From contig NW_021832681.1 of the NCBI RefSeq assembly GCF_006345805.1, positions 1-29,963 of the forward strand: a stretch of DNA of 29,963 nt, written 5' to 3'. The notes under the pieces are model-generated. The model ran no database searches, was not told the origin of the DNA, and was given only the letters and a program-made list of their open reading frames with translations. The translations under genes and the position numbers were made by a program. Source of the DNA: Octopus sinensis (taxonomy: Eukaryota). Below are positions 1-9,640 of the stretch, in pieces; within the stretch, counting starts at the first letter, position 1, and each line of letters opens with the position of its first letter.

Positions 1-2
1 GA

Positions 3-188
3 GGTGATCACTGGAAAATACGAAAACCAAAAGAAGCAGCACATATGCTAGGACACAACAACCTCCTAAGCAGACCGAGTGCAGATATGAGCATCATATG
101 GGAACCAGTATTAAGGAAGGACAAAAATGATATTAGATTTATAAGCCCTAAAATTCACTTCCTAATTGCTTACGGGCATAGTGGTTAA
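3..188 (+). mobile_element. Penelope-like retroelement, C-terminal end of the GIY-YIG endonuclease ORF (cut by window start)
   Basis: The frame starting at base 3 is open to TAA at 186-188 and reads GDHWKIRKPKEAAHMLGHNNLLSRPSADMSIIWEPVLRK. This fits the W..R...EA..(I/M).....L.R......W..(L/V)L pattern that ends PLE GIY-YIG domains (manual motif recognition). Confidence 0.7.
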
Positions 189-232
189 GAGCGCGGGCTA
201 CTAACCCCAAGATTCCGAGTTCGATTCCAAGC
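172..232 (+). promoter_or_regulatory. tRNA-derived Pol III head (A and B boxes); not a functional tRNA
   Basis: A-box-like GGGCATAGTGG (174-184) and B box GTTCGATTCC (219-228). Anticodon-arm-like GGG-CTACTAA-CCC at 195-207. No acceptor stem forms. Parent tRNA is ambiguous (Asn- or Ser-like). Confidence 0.75.
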
Positions 233-307
233 AGTGACCTGAACGATAATAATAATAACATCGAAAAATACCTTGGGAATGAGAACGAGGTTCGAAATTT
301 CCCCCAA

Positions 308-353
308 GATACTTGAAGAAGGCTGGTGGGTATATCAGCCGAAACGTTGTGGT
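308..353 (+). ncRNA. Minimal type I hammerhead ribozyme motif (PLE type); this copy has a core substitution
   Basis: Stem I GATAC(308-312)/GTGGT(349-353), with one mismatch. Core TTGAAGA (313-319) versus the consensus CUGANGA. Stem II GGCTGG(321-326)/TCAGCC(335-340). GAAA at 341-344. Loopless palindromic stem III ACGT. Predicted cleavage triplet GUU, cut after 348. Confidence 0.6.
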
Positions 354-471
354 AACAACAAACAAGATGAGGACAAATATCCGTCGAATGTAAATAATGA
401 TCATTTATTTTTTGTTTTAAATTTACAATACCGTAGTACCATATACAGTATTTACAGAAAATAAATTTAGA

Positions 472-1472
472 CTACTTATGGAAAATCACATCTCGTAAAT
501 GGTGTTTATTTTCTACTTCGCACAACCATGTATTTTCTAGTGTGTTTTTCGTGAAAGTCCTTAATGCTTCAGGTTCCAGTACTCTGATTTCGACCTGAAT
601 ATTGTTCTTAAGCTGTTGACGTATCTGTGGTTTGGTATCATAAATTGATTCCTTGATTAGATCTATAAGATGTAGTCAAATCTGGAAAACGCAATAACCA
701 GCATATGCCACAATCATTGGAAATTTTTCTTCCCTCAAAAATATGCCTGAGCAGTTGGATTGCGGTCCTTGCTGTGTTAGAGATGGCTTCTTCCTTTTAG
801 AACCATGTGTCAGGTCTATTTCGATCCCCTGAAAGTATTAAATTTTCGATCATAGACTTGTATTCATCCCCTGTAACAATGACAGGTTTCCTATCATCGT
901 CTTCGGAAACATATCACTTCTGATATCACCCCACACCAGACCGTACACTTAAGAGGATGCAATTCCATTTGGTGAATTGCCCTAGGGTTTTCCGAACCCC
1001 AACTCCAGCAGTTTTGTTCATTAATGAAGTCGTTTAAATGAAAATGTGCTTCATCTGATATAATAAGCTTTCGGATAAATTCGGGATTTTTTCTCTTGCT
1101 AGTTCTTGAAATCTAACTGCATATTACAATCTGTGGGCATAATCTGGTGGCTTCACTTACTGCACCAACTGGATTATATACGGAAAAATGTTCAAGGTTT
1201 TCAGTATACGTCGGAGCGACGTCTCTGCAGACCGTCTTCACGTTGATATACTTGAGTCTTCTATTGATACGATGTCTGCCAGTTCGTGAAAGGTCGCTTA
1301 CTGAATCCTGTCCCTCAAAACGACCGATGAAACGTCTAATCATTGATTCACTTGCAGAATCTCTCACATTGTAATGGCAATGATATTCTCATTTAGTTAG
1401 AATTATTGATTGTCGGTTTTGATAGTACATTTTTACAATTTGTGTTTCATATTCGTTCGTGAACTTTCCTAT
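472..1472 (-). mobile_element. Decayed Tc1/mariner transposase, DD41D (rosa/Visitor)-like
   Basis: Minus-strand fragments across stops and frameshifts: IGKFTNEYETQIVKMYYQNRQSII, SESMIRRFIGRFEGQDSVSDLSRTGR, IISDEAHFHLNDFINEQNCWSWGSENPRAIHQMELHPLKCTVWCG, WF*KEEAISNTARTAIQLLRHIFEGRKIS...RFPDLT, ending HHLRDVIFHK* (stop at 472-474). Confidence 0.85.
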
Positions 1473-1515
1473 GGTTAATCTTTAAGGTGTTCTGTATAAA
1501 ATTTGTAAAAAAATT

Positions 1516-1537
1516 AAAGAAATTAATTTTCAAATAC

Positions 1538-1577
<40 letters not shown>

Positions 1578-1578
1578 C

Positions 1579-1622
<44 letters not shown>

Positions 1623-1659
1623 CACACACACACACACACACACACACATACTCACACAC
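1516..1659. repeat. (CA)n microsatellite, interrupted
   Basis: Visible CA repeat run. Confidence 0.95.
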
Positions 1660-2423
1660 ATATAAATATATAATAAGCCGTTTCAAGGTGAGTTTCAGTC
1701 CGTGTTGAGTGCTATTTCTAACAGTTCAATCTATGATGTAGAGAAACCCTCATGGACACATTCAGATACCTGATATGTGTACATGCACTGGAGTTTATAA
1801 ATACCATATATGTGTTCGTTTAACGAAATGAGATTTTTGTTTGAAATCTTCCCATTCAAAATATCGTAGTTCTCAACGTTTGTAATATTTCTGTTTACAT
1901 ATCAGCAGTTAGAAATACGCCATGCATGAATTTAAAATAAATCTATGATTTCAACCATTGTTAAAAATTTGTCATGTGTAGGCCGATATTTCTTCACGTG
2001 AAATAATGATTTAGTGATGATCTTAAGGTGTTTTCTCAACCGTTATGCAAAGCACTATGGTGCTGTATTCAATCCTTTTCGCTTGCTAATGATATAATGC
2101 AGTTTCACATATCCCCGTGGAGTAGAACTTAATGACTCAACAGGTTAGCAACAACTTTAGCGATTTAGGATTTCACAAATATTTCAACGAGCTACGAAAT
2201 ACTACATTGTTTTTGGGTTTCCATCACTACACTGTGTGTGTATGTGCGTGCGTGTGTGTGTGTGTGTGTACGTATGCACATATCAATTTATCGATATGTA
2301 TGTGCGTGTGTATACGTATGCATATAGGCATATACGTATATATGCATGCATATGTATACATATACATGCATATACATTATATCCACGGATATACATATGG
2401 AATGATGGTGTATATATATATAT

Positions 2424-2565
2424 ATAAATATTTCTGCGCATGTAATCATACTATATATATATATAACGTGTGTGCATATGTATATGTATATGTTTATATA
2501 TCTATATATATATATATATGTTTATATATATATAATATTTAATATATGTTATATATATATAATAT

Positions 2566-2607
<42 letters not shown>

Positions 2608-2686
2608 TTTATAAACTATACATATGCATATCACACACGTTATATATATTATATATAAGTGTGATTTCATGCGCAGAAATATTTAT
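2424..2686. repeat. Long imperfect inverted repeat (arms about 2424-2510 and 2600-2686) with a TA-rich centre
   Basis: ATAAATATTTCTGCGCATGTAATCATAC (2424-2451) is the reverse complement of 2659-2686 at 26/28. Pairing continues inward (TAACGTGTGTG / CACACACGTTA). Confidence 0.85.
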
Positions 2687-3154
2687 GTATATTTTTAAAT
2701 TTCATGATTTTCATATCTGTGGAAGTTAGCACTAAAGATTCCCAAAGCTATATATCTTTCCTTAATAGTGCGTCCAACCATGTATGCGTCATATAAAGTC
2801 AGAAAGATATCCAACTATTGTATAGTTTCCGATTGTTAGATTCATTTGCTCAGTAAGCTGTTTAGCAGCGACCTCAAAATGAAATTTATACATATTTCAG
2901 TTGCTTCTGAATATGAACTTTACATCTTGGCTTCAGGTTGCACTACTTGCCGTTTAGGTTAAGATGTTCGTATTTCCAGTCAAAGTATCCGCAGTTTGCA
3001 TTCTATTTACGAAGCTAGAACATAACCTACGCAAATGTCTTCAAGTTTCAATGACCAGTTAATCTAATATACTTGGATGTCAATAGCAACAACGCTGGTG
3101 TACAGCAAACGAAATAAATTATTTGTAAAAGAGAAAACGTTTTATCGTTTACAG

Positions 3155-3819
3155 CGGAGGTTCTCAAAAATTTGGGGCCACCGTCCCTCCTCATGGCCAC
3201 ATAATACCCTCACCAACCCTCTTTTACTTGTTTCAGTCATTTGATTGCGGCCATGCTGGAGCACCGCCTTTAATCGAGCAACTCGACCCCGGGATTTATT
3301 CTTTTGTAAGCCTAGAACTTATTCTATCGGTCTCTTTTGCCGAACCGCTAGGTTACGGGGACATAAATACACCAGCATTGATTGTCAAGCAATGCTAGGG
3401 GGACAAACATATACACACATACATATATATATATATATACGACAGGCTTCTTTCAGTTTCCGTTTACTAAATCCACTCACAAGGGATTGGTCGGCCCGAG
3501 GCTATAGTAGAAGACACTTGCCCAAGGTGCCACGCAGTGGGATTGAACCCGGAACCATGTGGTTGGCAAACAAGCTACTTACCACACAGCCACTCCACCC
3601 ATATTTTTTAAATATAAATATATATTTTATATTTTACTAATTTATATATAATTTGTATACAATGCTATAAAAATATAAATTCATAGCGTCACCCAATCCA
3701 CTGCCTTCCTCCCATTACCTCCTTTTTTTCTAGCGCCCGTCCCCCACACCGTCCCCTTCGACACCAGCGCCCACCTGGACGTTCTCAACGCCCACCAGCA
3801 CCCACTTTGAGAACCTATG
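3155..3819. mobile_element. Non-autonomous hAT-type element (MITE) interrupted by a SINE
   Basis: TIRs CGGAGGTTCTCAAA (3155-3168) and TTTGAGAACCTATG (3806-3819), 12/14 matched. The 8-bp flanking direct repeat GTTTACAG (3147-3154) / TTTTACAG (3820-3827) has the hAT TSD length. Confidence 0.75.
3221..3596 (-). mobile_element. tRNA-derived SINE, family A (probably the octopus OK type), full length
   Basis: Minus-strand head GGAGTGGCTGTGTGGTAAG...GGGTTCAATCCC, internal (TA/TG)n spacer, tail ...CCAGCATGGCCGCAATCAAATGACTGAAACAAGTAAAAG. Near-identical copies lie at 3984-4317, 7258-7480, 18452-18863 and 21899-22333. Confidence 0.9.
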
Positions 3820-3983
3820 TTTTACAGGTTGTTTCTTATCAAAATTAATAGCAAGGTCTACAATTCATCAGTGTTTCTAATCCGTTCAGATTGTTCCTTT
3901 TTTCATCAACTTAACATCATGTTATAGCGCTCCCTATAGAGGGTTATAGAAAGTCGCATATACAATTGACGAAATAGACGATA

Positions 3984-4317
<334 letters not shown>

Positions 4318-4776
4318 GTGGGTGTGTGTGTGTGTGTAGAAAACAAAGTTATTTTATTCCATACACCCGCTCCTGCGCCTATATATATTACCGCCAACGC
4401 CATATTTGAGTTTCCACTTTCGGGTGCAATAGTATAAAGTAACAGGTCGATATAATTGACTTGAAAATTGCTGGCCTTGTAGCAAAAATTAAGATACATA
4501 GGCGCATACACAGTGCCTTTTGGAGGCGGGTAATATGCTACAATAACTAAAACTACATTGCCAAAGAAATATGCTAAAAAACGAGGTACTTTTTGAAGAG
4601 TCGCCTGAGATAACGCATCTGTAGATATGATGCATGACGGTTGATTATATAGCATATCACTTCTACAATACCGGTGCATGATGGCTCGAAACGAACGTAG
4701 TGATTCTGAATAAAGTGTTGCGTGAATTCCAATTTCTGTCTCGAAACTTTTTTGCAGATAGATAGATACATAGATA

Positions 4777-7143
4777 TGTTTCTTTATTAGCCACACAGGG
4801 CTGCACACAGATAGAACAAATTACAAGGTAGAGCTTTTCTTTTGAAGGTATTAAAAAAAAAAAAAATAAAAAAAAAAAAAAGGAAGGGGGAGGTTCGATC
4901 AAAAGGGATCGTAAAAGAGAGAAAGAGGACAAAAATAAGGGGGGGTTAAAAAAAAAAAGGGGGGGGAGAGGAAAAAAAATGATCAATAGGATCGTTATCA
5001 CAGAAATGTCAATATGAAGTGTAAAGGGGAGGACAGGTGAGGTTTACCCGTGGAAAGAAAAGCCTGCGGAAAAGACCACGGTAACCTCGGTCAATGAAGT
5101 CACATTTTATATTTCTTTTTTTTTTTTTTTTTTTTTTTTTCAAATAAGCAACTCTCTGTTTTCGATTTTTGGTTCATAGGACTATGCTCAAGGTGGCTTC
5201 GTCATTCATACGTGCCATTCTTGCTACATTCACCCATCTTTTTTTAAAACATTCGCTAGACAAAACTTGCCTCTCTACTCTCACTTTCCTTTTCAAGTGG
5301 TACTTGAAGAAGTTGATGAGAGATTGACCAGAGAGGAAAGTGTTTGTCTCCAATCCTTTCAGACGCGTCCACCAGATACATTCTTTCGCCATAGCCACAA
5401 GGATGATGAAAATAGCTCTTCCTTCCCGTTTGAAGGAAGGAGGCGTGACAATTTGACGATAGACTCAGCTGATAAACCGACTCGTCCCACACGTGACAGC
5501 AGTTTTCGACATAAGCCCACAGGTCGGAAATTGTTGGACACTGAACGAGTGCGTGCAGAACGGTTTCGTCGCTCTGACCGCATCTCGGGCAGGTCGGCCC
5601 GTGTTTTTCTCGAGCCGTGTCTGTAGAGCTTATCCGAACGGGTAGCGCTTCTTCGGTAGCACTGCCAGGCCAGGGATCTCTGGAAGTTGTCCATGGGCCT
5701 GGCCCGAAAGTCGTCCCGAACAGGCGGGTCAGGTACTCCTCGTCGACGTCCAGGTTCGCCCCGAGCTCGTCGTCGTACCTCCCCTCCACTAAACCCCTAT
5801 AGAATGCTTTGGGTTGTTTTGAAGTCACTTAAGGTCGACCCAGGACGGCAGAGTTGCTTGAGAGCAACGCGACACTCGCGGTGCCATTCGCCCTTCCTCT
5901 CGGCCTCTTTTTGATCCACGACTGCAGTTCGGTCATGGAGACGAGCTGCGGGAAAGCGTGCCTCACAAACGGCGACCACACCTGTTCACCGTCGTCTACA
6001 TAGAGCCAGAGATGTCGCAGTCTCAGCGCGTGTCTGCGCATCATCAACCCGGCATGCCCAGCCCTCCTTTTAACGGTGTTGACAGCAAATGGATCGCCTG
6101 ACCATCGGGACGCATCCTTTCCACAAGAAGCGAAAGAGGATGCGTTGTAGTTTGGTGATGGTAGGGTCGGGACAAGGTACGACGGTCAGGCGGTAGTAGA
6201 TGACGGACGCGATGTACGTGTTCGCCACTCCGCTCGACCTTTTAGGGACAGTTTCCTCTCGGCCCATTGCCGGGTGAGAGTGACCACCCTACTCGTTATC
6301 TCGTTCCAGTTCTTCTCCACTTGGAGGTCCGGACCGAACCAGACCCCGAGCAACTCAACCGGGCCGTCGGTCCAGCGTCCCACGACGGAGGCGCTGGTGG
6401 ACGGCATGGGCTTGCTTCTCCAGGTGCCTAGTCGCAAGCCCACTGACTTTTCCCGGTTGATTTTCGCTCCTGTCACCGCTTCGTAGTTTTTTCAGTGTCT
6501 CGCCGACCAGCTCGATGTGCTCGTGGCTAGACACTATGACGGTGACGTCGTCCGCGTATGCAGACAACGCTCGTCCCGCATCCCAATTCTCGCGGGATGC
6601 CCCTTAGAGTCGCCAGCTTCCGCAGTAGTGGCTCAGAGTCAATACGTATAGAAGCGCCGAGAGGGGGCATCCCTGACGGACCGAACGTGCAATGTCGAAA
6701 GGTCTCGATAGATGTCCATTTACGCGAATTACCGAACGGATGCCTCTGTACAAGGCAGCTATCCAGCCGCGGAAGACGGGACCGAAACCAGCCGCTCTCA
6801 GGACTGCCTCCAAGTATCGATGGTCTACCCTATCAAAGGCTTTTGATTGATCCAAGTTGATCAGGGCCCCACCCATGCCAGGTTCGTTAACTACCCTGTC
6901 TATGATGTAGCGCATCAGATGGAGGTTGTCATGGATGGTCCGGCCTGGCACGGCGCATGTTTGCGCCTTGTCGACCAGTTTCTCGATGACAAGCGCCAAC
7001 CTCTTGGCTAGCACCTTGGCCAAAATTTTCAAGTCTGCATTAAGCAGAGTGATGGGCCTAAAGTTATCTATTACATTTCCCTTGTTTAGATCTTTCTTCA
7101 GCAGTGTTACGGCTCCTCGGCTCACAAAACCAGGAATACTCCC
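4777..7143 (-). mobile_element. Tx1/L1-clade LINE, 5'-truncated (ORF2 RT, C-terminal domain and 3' UTR)
   Basis: RT motifs NFRPITLLNADLKILAK, LDQSKAFDRVDH, SVRQGCPLS and YADD (6547-6558), then KINREKS, LLGVWFG and GGLGMP. CCHC knuckle CPRCGQSDETVLHALVQC (5538-5591). Stop at 5174-5176 and AATAAA at 4783-4788 (minus). Confidence 0.95.
5174..7143 (-). pseudogene. Frameshifted Tx1 ORF2 (reverse transcriptase to zinc knuckle)
   Basis: One protein can be stitched from the ORF-track pieces 6604-7200, 6355-6567, 6186-6476, 6070-6267, 5829-6047, 5797-5979, 5256-5828, 5359-5694 and 5174-5398. The breaks are short indels. Confidence 0.85.

Positions 7144-7195
<52 letters not shown>
7144..7195. repeat. 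(TAGA)n array abutting the Tx1 5' junction
   Basis: Pure TAGA run starting directly after CCC at 7141-7143. A shorter AGAT run (4756-4776) flanks the 3' end. Confidence 0.95.
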
Positions 7196-7257
7196 GACAA
7201 GAAATTGTATGTATATCATAAGTAAGTGGGTATATATACATACATACATATATATAT

Positions 7258-7480
7258 ACTCTTTACTCTCTGTTACTTGTTTCAGTCATTTGACTGCGGC
7301 CATGCTGGAGCACCGCCTTTAGTCGAGCAAATCGACCCCGGGACTTATTCTTTGCAAGCCCAGTACTTATTCTATCGGTCTCTTTTTGCTGAACCGCTAA
7401 GTGACGGGGACATAAACATACCAGCATCGGTTGTCAAGCAATGCTAGGGGGACAAACACAGGCAGACAAACACACACAAA
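7258..7480 (-). mobile_element. SINE family A, tail half only
   Basis: Matches the tail of the 3221-3596 and 18452-18863 copies. No tRNA head on the high-coordinate side. Confidence 0.85.
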
Positions 7481-7495
7481 CATATATATATACAC

Positions 7496-7526
<31 letters not shown>

Positions 7527-8164
7527 AACACAAACATTGATAGATAGATAAATAGATAGACAGACAGACAGATAGGTAGATAGATAGATAAATAGATAGA
7601 TATATAATGTGTGTAAACATACACACATACATATATACACTGAAATTATACATTGAAATTTTTATCCATTACCATTAATATTTTAACTACCCTATATCTT
7701 AATGTAAATAAAATTTTATAAAATATGAGTTATTAGTTATACAATTCTTTGACCTTTGAACTGTCACTTTAAACTGCATCAATACTTTTTTTTTGGTGCG
7801 TTCCGTATCGACTTTCATTTGCAATTTATATATAATGGATATGATGTGTGTGCGCGTTCATATGTGAGTGCGCATGTGTGTGTGTGTGTGTGTGCGTGTA
7901 TGTGTGTCTGTATGTGTGTATGTATGTGTGTGTGTGTTTTTCATTTTGTTTTCGCTTTTACATAGGCCTAATTTCAGTTCTCTTTGTTTCGGAATGTGTT
8001 TTGTAGAGATTGTACTGCAGCAACAATCGCTGAGATAAAAGTGAATACTTAATGTGGTTTCCCATTGCAGCTGGAAATGTTTCATTAAAGTTTCCATAAA
8101 TATAAACTATTTTACTCAGGCTGAAATTGGGCATTGAGGACCTGATCTCAAAAGATATGTTAGT

Positions 8165-8203
8165 GTACACACATACAGACACACACATACACATATTGGC
8201 ATG

Positions 8204-8273
<70 letters not shown>

Positions 8274-8352
8274 CATTTATATATATATATACATACATAT
8301 ATATATATATGTATATATGCACACACACACACACACACGCACACACACAAAT

Positions 8353-8408
<56 letters not shown>

Positions 8409-8411
8409 TAT

Positions 8412-8478
<67 letters not shown>
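8165..8478. repeat. Compound (CA)n/(TA)n/(TAGA)n microsatellite
   Basis: Visible runs. Confidence 0.9.
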
Positions 8479-8499
8479 TTATAAGTGTGGATCTTTGTT

Positions 8500-8990
8500 T
8501 GAGTATATAAGTGCTAACGCTCGAACATATATCTGAACGTTGATAAATCAAATTCTGAGATACGCTTACCAAAATATGTTGTATTTGGGACTGCCAGGAG
8601 AGAAAGAACTCATGGTGGAGTTACAATGTACATCCGGGGAGATGTCATGCCTTTAGACATACTGTCATACTCAAACTCAATTTGTGACACTTGTAGTACA
8701 TACGCTCCGGTAGTATAGAATAGTAGTATGTACTACATATAGCCCACCGGACGCTCCAAATCATGAGAACTTATTCGAAGAGAACTTCAGAAAAATGGGA
8801 GAAGTATTGACCAGCCTAGATGACAGCGTTCATGGATTTCTTCTATTTCACGTCGAATAGCCTGAGAGCCACCTTCTCTAAGGTATGTCAGTGCATCAAC
8901 AGAAGCAAGCAGAGTTTCTGCTCGACCTCACAACGGTAAATGGAAATAAAATCGACTGGAAATAAACGGACTTGCTTTGAGCATAGATAT
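8500..8990 (+). mobile_element. Decayed LINE APE-endonuclease fragment (CR1/L2-like)
   Basis: [32 protein letters not shown]...SYSNSICD, then VVCTTYSPPDAP (YSPP at 8738). These match the DR...GGV..Y and YxPP motifs of APE domains. Stops and frameshifts are present. Confidence 0.6.
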
Positions 8991-9439
8991 GATACGTTAT
9001 TTATATCCCTATGCTAAACATCAGCAACAATAGTACTGTAAATTCTTTAAATATGAGCTGAAAAACTGGATTTGTTAGAATTAACAGTTCGTGTTTTGAA
9101 GTTTCAACAAATGGCATATTAATTAGATAATGCATTGAATAATGATTAGTTATATCTGTATAAATGATAAAATTGCGACAACTAGGTGAAAGGGTTTTCA
9201 TCATAGTCCTTTGTTGTAGATTAGGATTAACCAAGATTTAATCAGCAACAAACTTACTTGCTATTCACATGTACTTTCTTTTTATTTATTGACTTATGGA
9301 TGACCTGTTTCTTTGAAGAAACGTTGTATTCATGCGTGTGTATTGAGAAATGGTATTGCCGAGTATAGAAGTTATTTGGGAGGTCAAAAAGAGTAATTAA
9401 TAAGCATTGACTCGCAAATGTTCATGAGTTTGTAAAGTT

Positions 9440-9640
9440 TATCGCCACGGAAACAGTACTAAAATTCTTTGGATATGAACAAAGAGTTGCAAGAAAAATA
9501 TCCAGTTATTTCAAAAGGTAAGTCCAAAAAGTACAACTGGGTTAAAGATTTTTTCAGCAAGTATGATCAGAACTGGTAGTCAATAATATGGCCAGACGAA
9601 AACAAATTCTACCAATTTTTCAGTGGGAAAGACATTAGCA
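9440..9640 (+). mobile_element. Tc1-like transposase relic
   Basis: TVLKFFGYEQRVARK, then after a frameshift YPVISKGKSKKYNW...DQNW*SIIWPDENKF. This resembles RVARKKPLIS...W..VIWSDESKF of Tc1. Confidence 0.5.

Noticed and set aside
442-1498. TA-CAG...CTG-TA as possible mariner TIRs
   Set aside because: Only about 7 bases match, and the right end would sit just ~22 bp from the start codon. TIRs are not supported.
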